A stretch of 33,600 bases of DNA. Origin: a virus. Its lineage: Duplodnaviria > Heunggongvirae > Uroviricota > Caudoviricetes. The stretch lies in the IMG/VR virus record IMGVR_UViG_2534681900_000010; one strand, written 5' to 3'. The translations under genes and the position numbers were made by a program. Below the pieces are notes generated by a model. The model made no database searches. It was not told where the DNA came from and saw nothing but the letters and a program-made list of their open reading frames with translations. Below are positions 1-8,277 of the stretch, piece after piece (within the stretch, counting starts at the first letter, position 1; the number at the start of each line of letters is the position of its first letter).

Positions 1-981
1 TTATAACGTCACTCCGCCTTTTAGTGGATTCAGAGCGACGGCGTTCTGCAGGTAGTCAGGCGCAAGGTGCGCATAGGTCATTGTCTGCTGAATGCTCGCA
101 TGCCCCAGAATCTGTTGCAGTGCAATTATGTTGCCCCCATTCATCATGAAATGGCTTGCGAATGTATGCCGCAGAATGTGGGTTGCCTGATTGGGAGGTA
201 TATCAGGTTTCACTCTGCGTAAAATCCCGCAAAACTTCTCATAATCTACCTTGAACAATTTGGCGCTGGCCTCCTCTTTAACTTTTTTCTCCAGTTCCTC
301 AGAAATCGGCACTGTTCGCTTTTTACCGTTTTTGGTTTTCAGGAAGGTAACCCTGCAACTTGTAATCTGTGCTGGTTTTAGCGTGGCAACTTCCGTCCAT
401 CTTCCTCCAGTGCTCAGACATAAAAGCGCGACAAGTAAGTCATCACCAGTCAAAACATTTAGCAGTTTTTCGATTTCTGCTTTTTCCAGGAACGTCATTT
501 CAGGGTTAGCCTCCGTCAGTGGCGGCAGTCCGTGAATTGGGTGTTGCCCGGAAAATTCATCCAATTGAATTAATTTTGTGAACATGCCGGATAATCGGTA
601 CATGTCGCGGTTTATCGTTGCAGCACTGATGCCATCACGTAGTCGCATGGAGCGATAATCCATCAAAGCCCTTTTGTTCATCCGACTCACTGGTATATCA
701 CCTATGCCGCTGATGGTTTTGAGCAGATGATTAAACTCTTTTGTCCCATGCTCGTGGTTTTGCCCGTGGTATTTCCACCAGATGTCGAGCAATTCTGTCA
801 AAGTTCGGCGGTCTGCTCGCTGGCCTCCCCATTCTTTCTGACTGGCATTGACGATTGTGTATCGCTCAAATGCTACCGCTTCAGCTTTTCTTTCAAATTT
901 CCTGCGGATGCGTTTTCCATCGCGACCGCGAGGCCTGATATCCACTTCATAACGTCCATCATCGAGCTTTCTGATACTCAT
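1..981 (-). CDS. int: Tyrosine site-specific integrase (P2 Int-like)
   Basis: C-terminal catalytic region ...ATHILRHTFASHFMMNGG...GHASIQQTMTYAHL (HxxR and Tyr nucleophile). Sits at the prophage left end next to the C repressor. ORF-track ORF 1..1191 is trimmed to the ATG at 979-981 (MSIRKLDDGRYEV...); the upstream extension overlaps C and is not taken as coding. Confidence 0.9.
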   Translation of the reverse strand: MSIRKLDDGRYEVDIRPRGRDGKRIRRKFERKAEAVAFERYTIVNASQKEWGGQRADRRTLTELLDIWWKYHGQNHEHGTKEFNHLLKTISGIGDIPVSRMNKRALMDYRSMRLRDGISAATINRDMYRLSGMFTKLIQLDEFSGQHPIHGLPPLTEANPEMTFLEKAEIEKLLNVLTGDDLLVALLCLSTGGRWTEVATLKPAQITSCRVTFLKTKNGKKRTVPISEELEKKVKEEASAKLFKVDYEKFCGILRRVKPDIPPNQATHILRHTFASHFMMNGGNIIALQQILGHASIQQTMTYAHLAPDYLQNAVALNPLKGGVTL

Positions 982-1093
982 AAAGCCCTCCGATGAACAC
1001 GAGTTTTCTTGTTGTTTAGCCCTTTGTGGTTGTGTGATGAATATTTTTTTACCAGTAACATGCATTTTATGTGCATGTAATGTCGGTAAATAG

Positions 1094-1387
1094 TTAGCCA
1101 GTTTTGCGGCCTGAGTGTGACGATGTTGTTTCTTCTGGCCCAGAGTGTGCGACGACCGGGGAAATCTGCCCGGATTCTGGCGCAATCTCATCTGTCATAA
1201 TCCATAATGTATATTTTTTAAACAGCGGTGTGTTGACTACTTGCTTTACGATTTGTAGTCCTGGCTCTTTATGTCCACCTTCATAATTTTTCAACGAACT
1301 AAGTGCTAATCCACTAAGCTCGCAAAATTTTTTTTGTGTTAATCCCTCGGCCTTGCGAATAGCGCGAAGTTTCTCCGATATTTTCAT
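1094..1387 (-). CDS. C: Immunity repressor C (HTH, XRE-like)
   Basis: 97-aa protein with N-terminal helix-turn-helix (GLTQKKFCELSGLALSSLKNYEGG) and a C-terminus ...YTLWIMTDEIAPESGQISPVVAHSG... recalled as P2 C-like. Divergent from cox across a short operator region. Confidence 0.85.
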   Translation of the reverse strand: MKISEKLRAIRKAEGLTQKKFCELSGLALSSLKNYEGGHKEPGLQIVKQVVNTPLFKKYTLWIMTDEIAPESGQISPVVAHSGPEETTSSHSGRKTG

Positions 1388-1534
1388 TTGACATGGTTCC
1401 CCTATGGAGACTATATTTCCCTCAAAAGGTACTTGTTCGGAAACCTTTTGGGGCGTGAGTCCAGCCAGTCAGGAACGCTCCTGAGCGGTTTTAAGAGGGC
1501 TGGATGGATAAGATTAGCACGAGAGGTGTGTTTT
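1388..1534. promoter_or_regulatory. Divergent Pc/Pe promoter-operator region of the lysogenic switch
   Basis: Intergenic region between divergently oriented C (-) and cox (+), as in P2. Individual promoter hexamers and operator repeats were not resolved. Confidence 0.5.
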
Positions 1535-1807
1535 ATGGACGCAAACAACTATGTGGTTAAGTATCCGATTGATGCGGTACACCCTGACAAGTTTGCAGAA
1601 TTGCTCGGAAAACCGCGTACTGCGGTCGTTGAAATGATCAAAGCTAACAAGTTGCCGGTAGTTGAATTTCGCGATCCAACTAAGCCGAATGCTCGTGCAG
1701 GAGACAAACTGGTTTTCATTCCTGAGTTCAATCGTGGTGTGCGTGAGGCATTCTACAACCGACCGATAGAACAGCGGGACGCGTGGTTGCTGTGGATGGG
1801 GCTTTAA
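1535..1807 (+). CDS. cox: Cox excisionase / transcriptional regulator
   Basis: 90-aa product MDANNYVVKYPIDAVHPDKFAELLGKPRTAVVEMIKANKLPVV...AWLLWMGL, recalled as P2 Cox-like. RBS GAGAGG lies before the ATG at 1535; the ORF-track upstream extension from 1388 is rejected. Confidence 0.8.
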   Translation: MDANNYVVKYPIDAVHPDKFAELLGKPRTAVVEMIKANKLPVVEFRDPTKPNARAGDKLVFIPEFNRGVREAFYNRPIEQRDAWLLWMGL

Positions 1808-1861
1808 ATCATTGCTAAATCAGGCTGTCAGCAACAGGGCGGACGGCATAAGGGGAACATC

Positions 1862-2050
1862 ATGGCGAACAAAAATAGTACGAACCAGTGCGGCACAGAT
1901 AAGGCACTGACGCAGAGAGAAATTTTAGAACTGGCGGTAAAAATCGGGGATTTCATCAAAGAAGAGGCCGGACGCTTAGATAAACAGGTGTCCGGCAAAG
2001 ATATCAGCGTTATCGCTGGCGTACTGGACTTTATTCACCAGTGCGAGTAA
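1862..2050 (+). CDS. Hypothetical early-operon protein (62 aa)
   Basis: ORF with RBS AAGGGGA upstream, in the early rightward operon. No recognisable motif. Confidence 0.5.
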   Translation: MANKNSTNQCGTDKALTQREILELAVKIGDFIKEEAGRLDKQVSGKDISVIAGVLDFIHQCE

Positions 2051-2053
2051 TGC

Positions 2054-2230
2054 CTATTTTTTCGCGAGTTTTTCTTCGAGTTTTTTCTCAAGAACTGGAT
2101 AGATAGCATCAAATAAGCGTGAAGCTCGGGTTTCTACAGGAACAGGCATTACTGATTGTTCAGTAAGTGCTCCACCAATGACTGAACAGGTCTGCTCAAA
2201 AAGAAACTTGGTTTTTTCTAAATCATTCAT
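2054..2230 (-). CDS. Hypothetical small protein, reverse-oriented within the early operon
   Basis: Minus-strand ORF; internal start MNDLEKTKFLFEQ... at 2228-2230 is preceded by AAGGA about 8 nt upstream. AT-rich. Weak evidence only. Confidence 0.3.
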   Translation of the reverse strand: MNDLEKTKFLFEQTCSVIGGALTEQSVMPVPVETRASRLFDAIYPVLEKKLEEKLAKK

Positions 2231-2347
2231 GTCGTTATTCCTTGTGTTACGAACTACTTGCTTACATTTGGAGTGAAAGCAATTGGATAGTACCACAAGA
2301 CCATGCGCCGGACATGGCTAAAAACCGGCTCTGTTTCAGGAGGAGTT

Positions 2348-2518
2348 ATGCAGGAACCTCGTTGTATTGCTCAGTTATTGCGTAACGAAAGCCCCAGGGC
2401 GATTGACTTCACCATCACCCACGGGAAGGGACGCAAGGGAATCATTATCCGCACCAAAAAACAGAGTCCGTTAAAAAAGGCTCTGACCTTTCTGAAAAGC
2501 CGGAGGGTCTGGAAATGA
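2348..2518 (+). CDS. Hypothetical small basic protein
   Basis: ORF 2303..2518; the likely start is the ATG at 2348 preceded by AGGAGG. Its stop overlaps the start of the following gene (ATGA-type coupling). Confidence 0.4.
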   Translation: MQEPRCIAQLLRNESPRAIDFTITHGKGRKGIIIRTKKQSPLKKALTFLKSRRVWK

Positions 2519-3015
2519 CAGTGATGACGCTCAATCTCGTTGAAAAACAGCCAGCAGCTATGCGCCGGATAATTGGTAAGCATCTGGCCGTCCCTCGCTG
2601 GCAGGAGACATGTGATTATTATAATCACATGATGGAGCGCGAACGGTTAACGGTTTGCTTCCATGCTCAGTTAAAACAGCGTCACGCAACGATGCGTTTT
2701 GAAGAAATGAACGACGTCGAACGTGAACGACTGGTATGTGCAATTGATGAATTGCGCGGGGCATTCTCAAAACGCCGTCAGGTTGGCGCAAGTGAGTATG
2801 CATATATTAGTTTTTTAACAGTCAGTCAGCGTCGCACTTTATTTATGCACGCACGACTGACAGAAAAAGAATTTAACCAGCCATACTGGCGAATTAATGA
2901 GGAATCATGTTACTGGCGTGATGCTTTATTCCGTGCATTACGTGAATTATTCAGTCTGTTTGAGTATGCACCGACAATTCTGACGTCGGTAAAACCAGAG
3001 CAATATCTGCATTAA
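2515..3015 (+). CDS. B: Replication gene B-like protein (putative helicase loader)
   Basis: 166-aa ORF at the position of P2 gene B between cox and A. Assignment is by position and size, from memory. Confidence 0.55.
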   Translation: MTVMTLNLVEKQPAAMRRIIGKHLAVPRWQETCDYYNHMMERERLTVCFHAQLKQRHATMRFEEMNDVERERLVCAIDELRGAFSKRRQVGASEYAYISFLTVSQRRTLFMHARLTEKEFNQPYWRINEESCYWRDALFRALRELFSLFEYAPTILTSVKPEQYLH

Positions 3016-3078
3016 ATAATTAACCAGAGTTTTTAACGCACTTAATCGTGCGGGGCTTCTTTTTGCCTGGAGAAAGTC

Positions 3079-3303
3079 ATGCATACAGTTTCTGAAAACA
3101 AGTGCGGTAAATACGCATTACTGCTGCAACAGGCCAGAGCCGAAGCACAGGCCGACGCAGCGACACGCTTTTCTTCTCATCTTGACGCCATGATTCGCCA
3201 TATCACAAAGGCGGAGTTATCCCGCGTGGAGATAGTCGAGCTGCTCGGTCAGGAGTCGGAAAAATTTCACAATATCGGATTGTCTCGCGGGGAGGTGCTT
3301 TGA
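3079..3303 (+). CDS. Hypothetical early protein (74 aa)
   Basis: ORF with RBS GGAGAAAG upstream; translationally coupled to the next ORF (overlapping TGA/ATG). Confidence 0.5.
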   Translation: MHTVSENKCGKYALLLQQARAEAQADAATRFSSHLDAMIRHITKAELSRVEIVELLGQESEKFHNIGLSRGEVL

Positions 3304-3605
3304 TGTCCTGTTCTCATTCAGTTGTATTACTGAATAACGCCTTAAAAATCGCCGTTATGAAAAATGGCGATTTGTCTCTTATTCAACTTTGCCTTGATAA
3401 AGAAAAACGCGACATAACTGAATCTGTTATCGCAATTTATCAGAATGAATTAAACCTCCTGTCTGATGTGGTCAATTTACTTGTTAAACGCGCTGTATTC
3501 CACAAGCAAATTTCCTCCGTGGATGAACTGACAAAATTAACGACAGAACTTGCCAGTTATTGCGCTGATGTATCCAGGAAACTTAACGACAAAAGGAGCT
3601 GGTAA
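3303..3605 (+). CDS. Hypothetical early protein (about 100 aa)
   Basis: ATG at 3303 overlaps the preceding stop. AT-rich ORF; no motif recognised. Confidence 0.5.
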   Translation: MSCSHSVVLLNNALKIAVMKNGDLSLIQLCLDKEKRDITESVIAIYQNELNLLSDVVNLLVKRAVFHKQISSVDELTKLTTELASYCADVSRKLNDKRSW

Positions 3606-3829
3606 TGCCGGACAACGTAGATTTTATTCAGGAACAACAGGCTGAATTACTGGAGCGCCAGATTAACGCGGCAAGGGTAAAACATTGCGGTGCTTCTGCG
3701 CTGGTTTGCGAAGAGTGTGACGCGCCAATACCTGCTGCCCGTCGTGCGGCTTACCCGTCAGCCACGCGTTGTGTTTCCTGTCAGTCAGTCTTTGAAGCAA
3801 AAAACAAACATTACCGGAGAACGGCATGA
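3605..3829 (+). CDS. TraR/DksA-family C4 zinc-finger protein
   Basis: 74-aa product with CxxC...CxxC (LVCEECDAPI...TRCVSCQ), typical of small phage TraR/DksA-like proteins. Coupled to flanking ORFs. Confidence 0.7.
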   Translation: MPDNVDFIQEQQAELLERQINAARVKHCGASALVCEECDAPIPAARRAAYPSATRCVSCQSVFEAKNKHYRRTA

Positions 3830-4101
3830 GTATTCGTATTGAAATTGGCGAACGTTATGTCGTTACCAGTGACAGCTTTCAGTTTATTCTCCACGAGAAA
3901 AAGAGAGCGGAAAGCGGTAAAAACGCCGGTCAGGAATGGCTGGCGGTGGTTGGTTATTACCCGAAATTAAGCCAGCTCGTTTCCGGCCTGATGCATCACG
4001 ATATTCTGACCGGAAGCGCAAAGTCTTTTGCTGATTTAAACGCGCAGGTTGAGCAACTCAGCAGGCGTTGTTCAGAGGCTTTTGGCTCATATGGCCGTTA
4101 A
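3826..4101 (+). CDS. Hypothetical early protein (91 aa)
   Basis: ORF whose stop (4099-4101) overlaps the A start codon region. No motif recognised. Confidence 0.5.
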   Translation: MSIRIEIGERYVVTSDSFQFILHEKKRAESGKNAGQEWLAVVGYYPKLSQLVSGLMHHDILTGSAKSFADLNAQVEQLSRRCSEAFGSYGR

Positions 4102-6400
4102 AGCCTCCGGGCGTTTTGTCCCTCCGTCAGCATTTGCCGCAGGCACCGGTAAGACGTTTACCGGTGCTTATGCATGGAACGCGCCACGCGAGGCTGTCGG
4201 GCGCGAAAGACCCCTTACACGTGACGAGATGCGTCAGGTGCAAGGTGTTTTATCCACGATTAACCGCCTGCCTTACTTTTTGCGCTCGCTGTTTACTTCA
4301 CGTTATGACTACATCCGGCGCAATAAAAGCCCGGTGCACGGGTTTTATTTCCTCACATCCACTTTTCAGCGTCGTTTATGGCCGCGCATTGAGCGTGTGA
4401 ATCAGCGCCATGAAATGAACACCGACGCGTCGTTGCTGTTTCTGGCAGAGCGTGACCACTATGCGCGCCTGCCGGGAATGAATGACAAGGAGCTGAAAAA
4501 GTTTGCTGCCCGTATCTCATCGCAGCTTTTCATGATGTATGAGGAACTCTGCGATGCCTGGGTTGATGCACATGGCGAAAAAGAATCGCTGTTTACGGAT
4601 GAGGCGCAGGCTCACCTCTATGGTCATGTTGCTGGCGCTGCACGTGCTTTCAATATTTCCCCGCTCTACTGGAAAAAATACCGTAAAGGACAGATGACCA
4701 CGAGGCAGGCATATTCTGCCATTGCCCGCCTGTTTAACGATGAGTGGTGGACTCATCAGCTTAAAGGCCAGCGTATGCGCTGGCATGAGGCGTTACTGAT
4801 TGCTGTCGGGGAGGTCAATAAAGACCGTTCTCCTTATGCCAGTAAACATGCCATTCGTGATGTGCGTGCACGCCGCCAGGCAAATCTGGAATTTCTTAAA
4901 TCGTGTGACCTCGAAAACAGGGAAACCGGCGAACGCATCGACCTTATCAGTAAGGTGATGGGCAGTATTTCTAATCCTGAAATTCGCCGGATGGAGCTGA
5001 TGAACACCATTGCCGGTATTGAGCGTTACGCCACCGCAGAGGGTGATGTGGGGATGTTTATCACGCTGACCACGCCGTCAAAGTATCACCCGACACGTCA
5101 GGTCGGAAAAGGCGAAAATAAAACCGTCCAGCTTAATCACGGCTGGAACGATGAGGCATTTAATCCAAAGGATGCGCAGCGTTATCTCTGCCGTATCTGG
5201 AGCCTGATGCGCACGGCATTCAAGGATAATGACTTACAGGTCTACGGTTTGCGTGTCGTCGAGCCACACCACGACGGAACGCCGCACTGGCATATGATGC
5301 TTTTTTGTAATCCACGCCAGCGTAACCAGATTATTGAAATCATGCGTCGCTACGCGCTCAAAGAGGATGGAGACGAAAGAGGAGCCGCGCGAAACCGTTT
5401 TCAGGCAAAACATCTTAACCGGGGCGGTGCTGCGGGGTATATCGCGAAATACATCTCAAAAAACATCGATGGCTATGCACTGGATGGTCAGCTCGATAAC
5501 GATACCGGCAGGCCGCTGAAAGATACTGCTGCGGCTGTTACCGCATGGGCGTCAACGTGGCGCATTCCGCAATTTAAAACGGTTGGTCTGCCGACAATGG
5601 GGGCTTACCGTGAACTACGCAAATTGCCTCGCGGCGTCAGCATTGCTGATGAGTTTGACGAGCGCGTCGAGGCTGCACGCGCCGCTGCAGACAGTGGTGA
5701 TTTTGCGTTGTATATCAGCGCGCAGGGCGGGGCAAATGTCCCGCGCGATTGTCAGACTGTCAGGGTCGCCCGTAGCCCGTCGGATGACGTTAACGAGTAC
5801 GAGGAAGAGGTCGAGAGAGCGGTCGGCATTTACGCGCCGCATCTCGGCGCGCGTCATATTCATATCACCAGAACGACGGACTGGCGCATTGTGCCGAAAG
5901 TTCCGGTCGTTGAGCCTTTGACTTTAAAAAGCGGCATCGCCGCGCCTCGGAGTCCTGTCAATAACTGTGGAAAGCTCACCGGTGGTGATACTTCGTCACC
6001 GGCTCCCACGCCTTCTGAACACGCCGCAGCAGTGCTTAATCTGGTAGATGACGGTGTTATTGAATGGAATGACCCGGTGGTCGTGAGGGCGCTCAGAGGC
6101 GCATTAAAATACGGCCTGAGAAGACCAAACCGTCAGCAAAGAAACGGAATACCGTTAAAACCGCATGAAATAGCACCATCGGCCAGGCTGACCCGGTCAG
6201 AACGAATGCAAATTACCCGTATCCGTGTTGACCTTGCTCAGAACGGTATCAGGCCTCAGCGATGGGAGCTTGAGGCGCTGGCGCGTGGGGCGACCGTAAA
6301 TTATGACGGGAAACAATTTACGTATCCGGTTGCTGATGAGTGGCCGGGATTTTTACAAACAGAAATTGTTTTTGGGATTAATAAGTTATCTCTAAGCTAA
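4091..6400 (+). CDS. A: Replication initiation endonuclease A (rolling-circle initiator)
   Basis: 769-aa product beginning MAVKASGRFVPPSAFAAGTGK..., recalled as highly similar to P2 gpA. ORF-track ORF 4049..6400 is trimmed to the ATG at 4091. Confidence 0.9.
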   Translation: MAVKASGRFVPPSAFAAGTGKTFTGAYAWNAPREAVGRERPLTRDEMRQVQGVLSTINRLPYFLRSLFTSRYDYIRRNKSPVHGFYFLTSTFQRRLWPRIERVNQRHEMNTDASLLFLAERDHYARLPGMNDKELKKFAARISSQLFMMYEELCDAWVDAHGEKESLFTDEAQAHLYGHVAGAARAFNISPLYWKKYRKGQMTTRQAYSAIARLFNDEWWTHQLKGQRMRWHEALLIAVGEVNKDRSPYASKHAIRDVRARRQANLEFLKSCDLENRETGERIDLISKVMGSISNPEIRRMELMNTIAGIERYATAEGDVGMFITLTTPSKYHPTRQVGKGENKTVQLNHGWNDEAFNPKDAQRYLCRIWSLMRTAFKDNDLQVYGLRVVEPHHDGTPHWHMMLFCNPRQRNQIIEIMRRYALKEDGDERGAARNRFQAKHLNRGGAAGYIAKYISKNIDGYALDGQLDNDTGRPLKDTAAAVTAWASTWRIPQFKTVGLPTMGAYRELRKLPRGVSIADEFDERVEAARAAADSGDFALYISAQGGANVPRDCQTVRVARSPSDDVNEYEEEVERAVGIYAPHLGARHIHITRTTDWRIVPKVPVVEPLTLKSGIAAPRSPVNNCGKLTGGDTSSPAPTPSEHAAAVLNLVDDGVIEWNDPVVVRALRGALKYGLRRPNRQQRNGIPLKPHEIAPSARLTRSERMQITRIRVDLAQNGIRPQRWELEALARGATVNYDGKQFTYPVADEWPGFLQTEIVFGINKLSLS

Positions 6401-6522
6401 GACGCTCAAAGCAAGAGATTATTTTACTGTACGTAGCCATCTGGAATTGTGGCTGTGTTAAAACGCTCGAGATTTTTTGGATATCCAGTTATACTCCGCT
6501 TAGAAATCATTCGGAGACTAAG

Positions 6523-7569
6523 ATGGCGGTAAAAGTTGTTGATCTTTTTTGCGGTGCTGGCGGTTTAACGCACGGCTTACATTTGGCCGGATTGGACGTT
6601 GTCGCAGGCATTGATTTAGAAGGTGAGTGTCGTGTTGCATACGAAAGCAATAATGATGCACTTTTTATTGAAAAAGATATATCTCTGGTGACAAAAGATG
6701 AAATCGAAAATCTTTTTGAAGGGGCAAGTGTTAAAGTATTGGCCGGATGTGCACCTTGTCAGCCATTTTCTAAATATACTCAGGGAAAAGATAAAAAAAA
6801 TGATAAAAAGTGGCCGTTATTATATGAGTTTGAACGTTTAATAAAAGACACGAAACCAGAAATAGTTACAATGGAAAACGTTCCTGATGTGACAAAACAT
6901 TCTGTCTATGATGATTTTTATAATACCTTAATAGCATTGGGTTATTATGTTTGGGCAAATAAGATTGAATGTGTAGATTTTGAGGTTCCGCAAAACAGAG
7001 TGAGGCATGTATTACTCGCATCTAAATTTGCGCCGATTTCTCTGATGAAACCACAAACATCGGTAAAGCTGACAGTTAGGGATTGCATTGGTAATTTACC
7101 TTCGATTGAAGCGGGACAAGCAGATCCAAAAGACCCTCTCCATAAGGCGAGTAGATTGAGTGAAATTAATCTCAAACGTATTCTACATTCAAAACCGGGG
7201 GGGACATGGAGGGATTGGCCTGCTGAATTAATCGCTTCATGTCATGCCAAGAAAAGTGGGCAGGGATATGCCAGTGTTTATGGTCGTATGTCTTGGGATA
7301 AACCGAGTCCAACGATAACTACACTTTGTTATGGTTTTGGTAATGGACGTTTTGGTCATCCCGAGCAGCATCGTGCAATCTCACTTAGGGAAGCAGCATT
7401 ACTTCAAACGTTTCCTGTTACATATTCATTTACCCAACCGGGCGAGCCGATCAAAATGAAAAATGTCGGGCGTATGATAGGTAATGCTGTTCCTGTAAAC
7501 TTAGGTAAAGCGATTGGTCTTTCAATAGTACATCATTTGAAAGAGTTTCACCCCGCCGCTCTTAAATAA
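6523..7569 (+). CDS. DNA (cytosine-5)-methyltransferase
   Basis: All canonical C5-MTase motifs are present in order: DLFCGAGG (motif I, AdoMet), GCAPCQPFS (motif IV, catalytic Cys), TMENVPDV (motif VI), VPQNRVRHVLL (motif VIII), MIGNAVPVNLGKAIG (motif X). Visibly AT-rich relative to the phage backbone. Confidence 0.9.
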   Translation: MAVKVVDLFCGAGGLTHGLHLAGLDVVAGIDLEGECRVAYESNNDALFIEKDISLVTKDEIENLFEGASVKVLAGCAPCQPFSKYTQGKDKKNDKKWPLLYEFERLIKDTKPEIVTMENVPDVTKHSVYDDFYNTLIALGYYVWANKIECVDFEVPQNRVRHVLLASKFAPISLMKPQTSVKLTVRDCIGNLPSIEAGQADPKDPLHKASRLSEINLKRILHSKPGGTWRDWPAELIASCHAKKSGQGYASVYGRMSWDKPSPTITTLCYGFGNGRFGHPEQHRAISLREAALLQTFPVTYSFTQPGEPIKMKNVGRMIGNAVPVNLGKAIGLSIVHHLKEFHPAALK

Positions 7570-8267
7570 GCCTGAGTATCAAGATAAGTTTGTATATTTT
7601 CAAGGATGCAGTTGAGATAATGAAAAACTTCATCCTTCATTTCTGTTAGTGTATCAATAGATGTATCTCTGCCTTTGTTTCTAAATGATTCAGAACCATG
7701 AGCAAGGTCGTTTCTGGCCTTTTTTATTGGAAGTAAATTGCAACCATTTCGCGTTATTTCTGAATCTGTATCTGCTGAGAAGCCATATTTTTCAGCGACT
7801 TCTCTAATTTTTCTAGCGTCAACATTTCCAGAAAATAACGGATTTTTATTTGATTGGATAAGTTTTTTGTGAGCGTTTAGCCACTCTTTAAATATAACTT
7901 TTGCAATGTTCCCTTGTGAGAAATCTATTTTCCCATTTGGTGATTGTAAACTATGAAATGCTACTCTTGTAAGGTTTTCATTTACAGTGTCTGCACATAA
8001 TGATTCATTAGACATTAAAACATTATGAATGTCTTCTATTGCATTGGAAATGGTTGCTTCAATGAGATTGTACAATATAATAAATGCATTAGCCTTTAAA
8101 ATATGAGTCATATCAATATCAATGGGTTGTTGTATAGGCGCATCGCTTGTATTCTCTTTATAGACTAGAGATGGTTTTTTGTTTATTAGTAACTGAATGA
8201 ATGAGAAGTATTCATTAATATCTTGCATTCTTTCTTGGAAAAGAATTTTACTTGTCATCTCCTCCAT
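7548..8267 (-). CDS. HEPN-like predicted RNase (239 aa), second gene of the DUF262 operon
   Basis: Rx4H motif in KKARNDLAHGSESF near the C-terminal third. Start ATG is 10 nt downstream of the DUF262 gene stop; its 3' end overlaps the convergent MTase by 22 bp. AT-rich. Confidence 0.6.
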   Translation of the reverse strand: MEEMTSKILFQERMQDINEYFSFIQLLINKKPSLVYKENTSDAPIQQPIDIDMTHILKANAFIILYNLIEATISNAIEDIHNVLMSNESLCADTVNENLTRVAFHSLQSPNGKIDFSQGNIAKVIFKEWLNAHKKLIQSNKNPLFSGNVDARKIREVAEKYGFSADTDSEITRNGCNLLPIKKARNDLAHGSESFRNKGRDTSIDTLTEMKDEVFHYLNCILENIQTYLDTQAYLRAAG

Positions 8268-8277
8268 TTACTTGGCC

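Noticed and set aside
982-1191. N-terminal extension of the ORF-track integrase ORF (1..1191, 396 aa)
   Set aside because: The extension overlaps the C repressor gene on the same strand in another frame and has no homology-like integrase sequence. The ATG at 979-981 (MSIRK...) gives a normal-length integrase.
4068-4400. 110-aa plus-strand ORF overlapping the 5' part of gene A in another frame
   Set aside because: It lies entirely within the well-supported A coding sequence, has no RBS, and has a Cys/Arg-rich composition typical of off-frame translation of GC-rich DNA.
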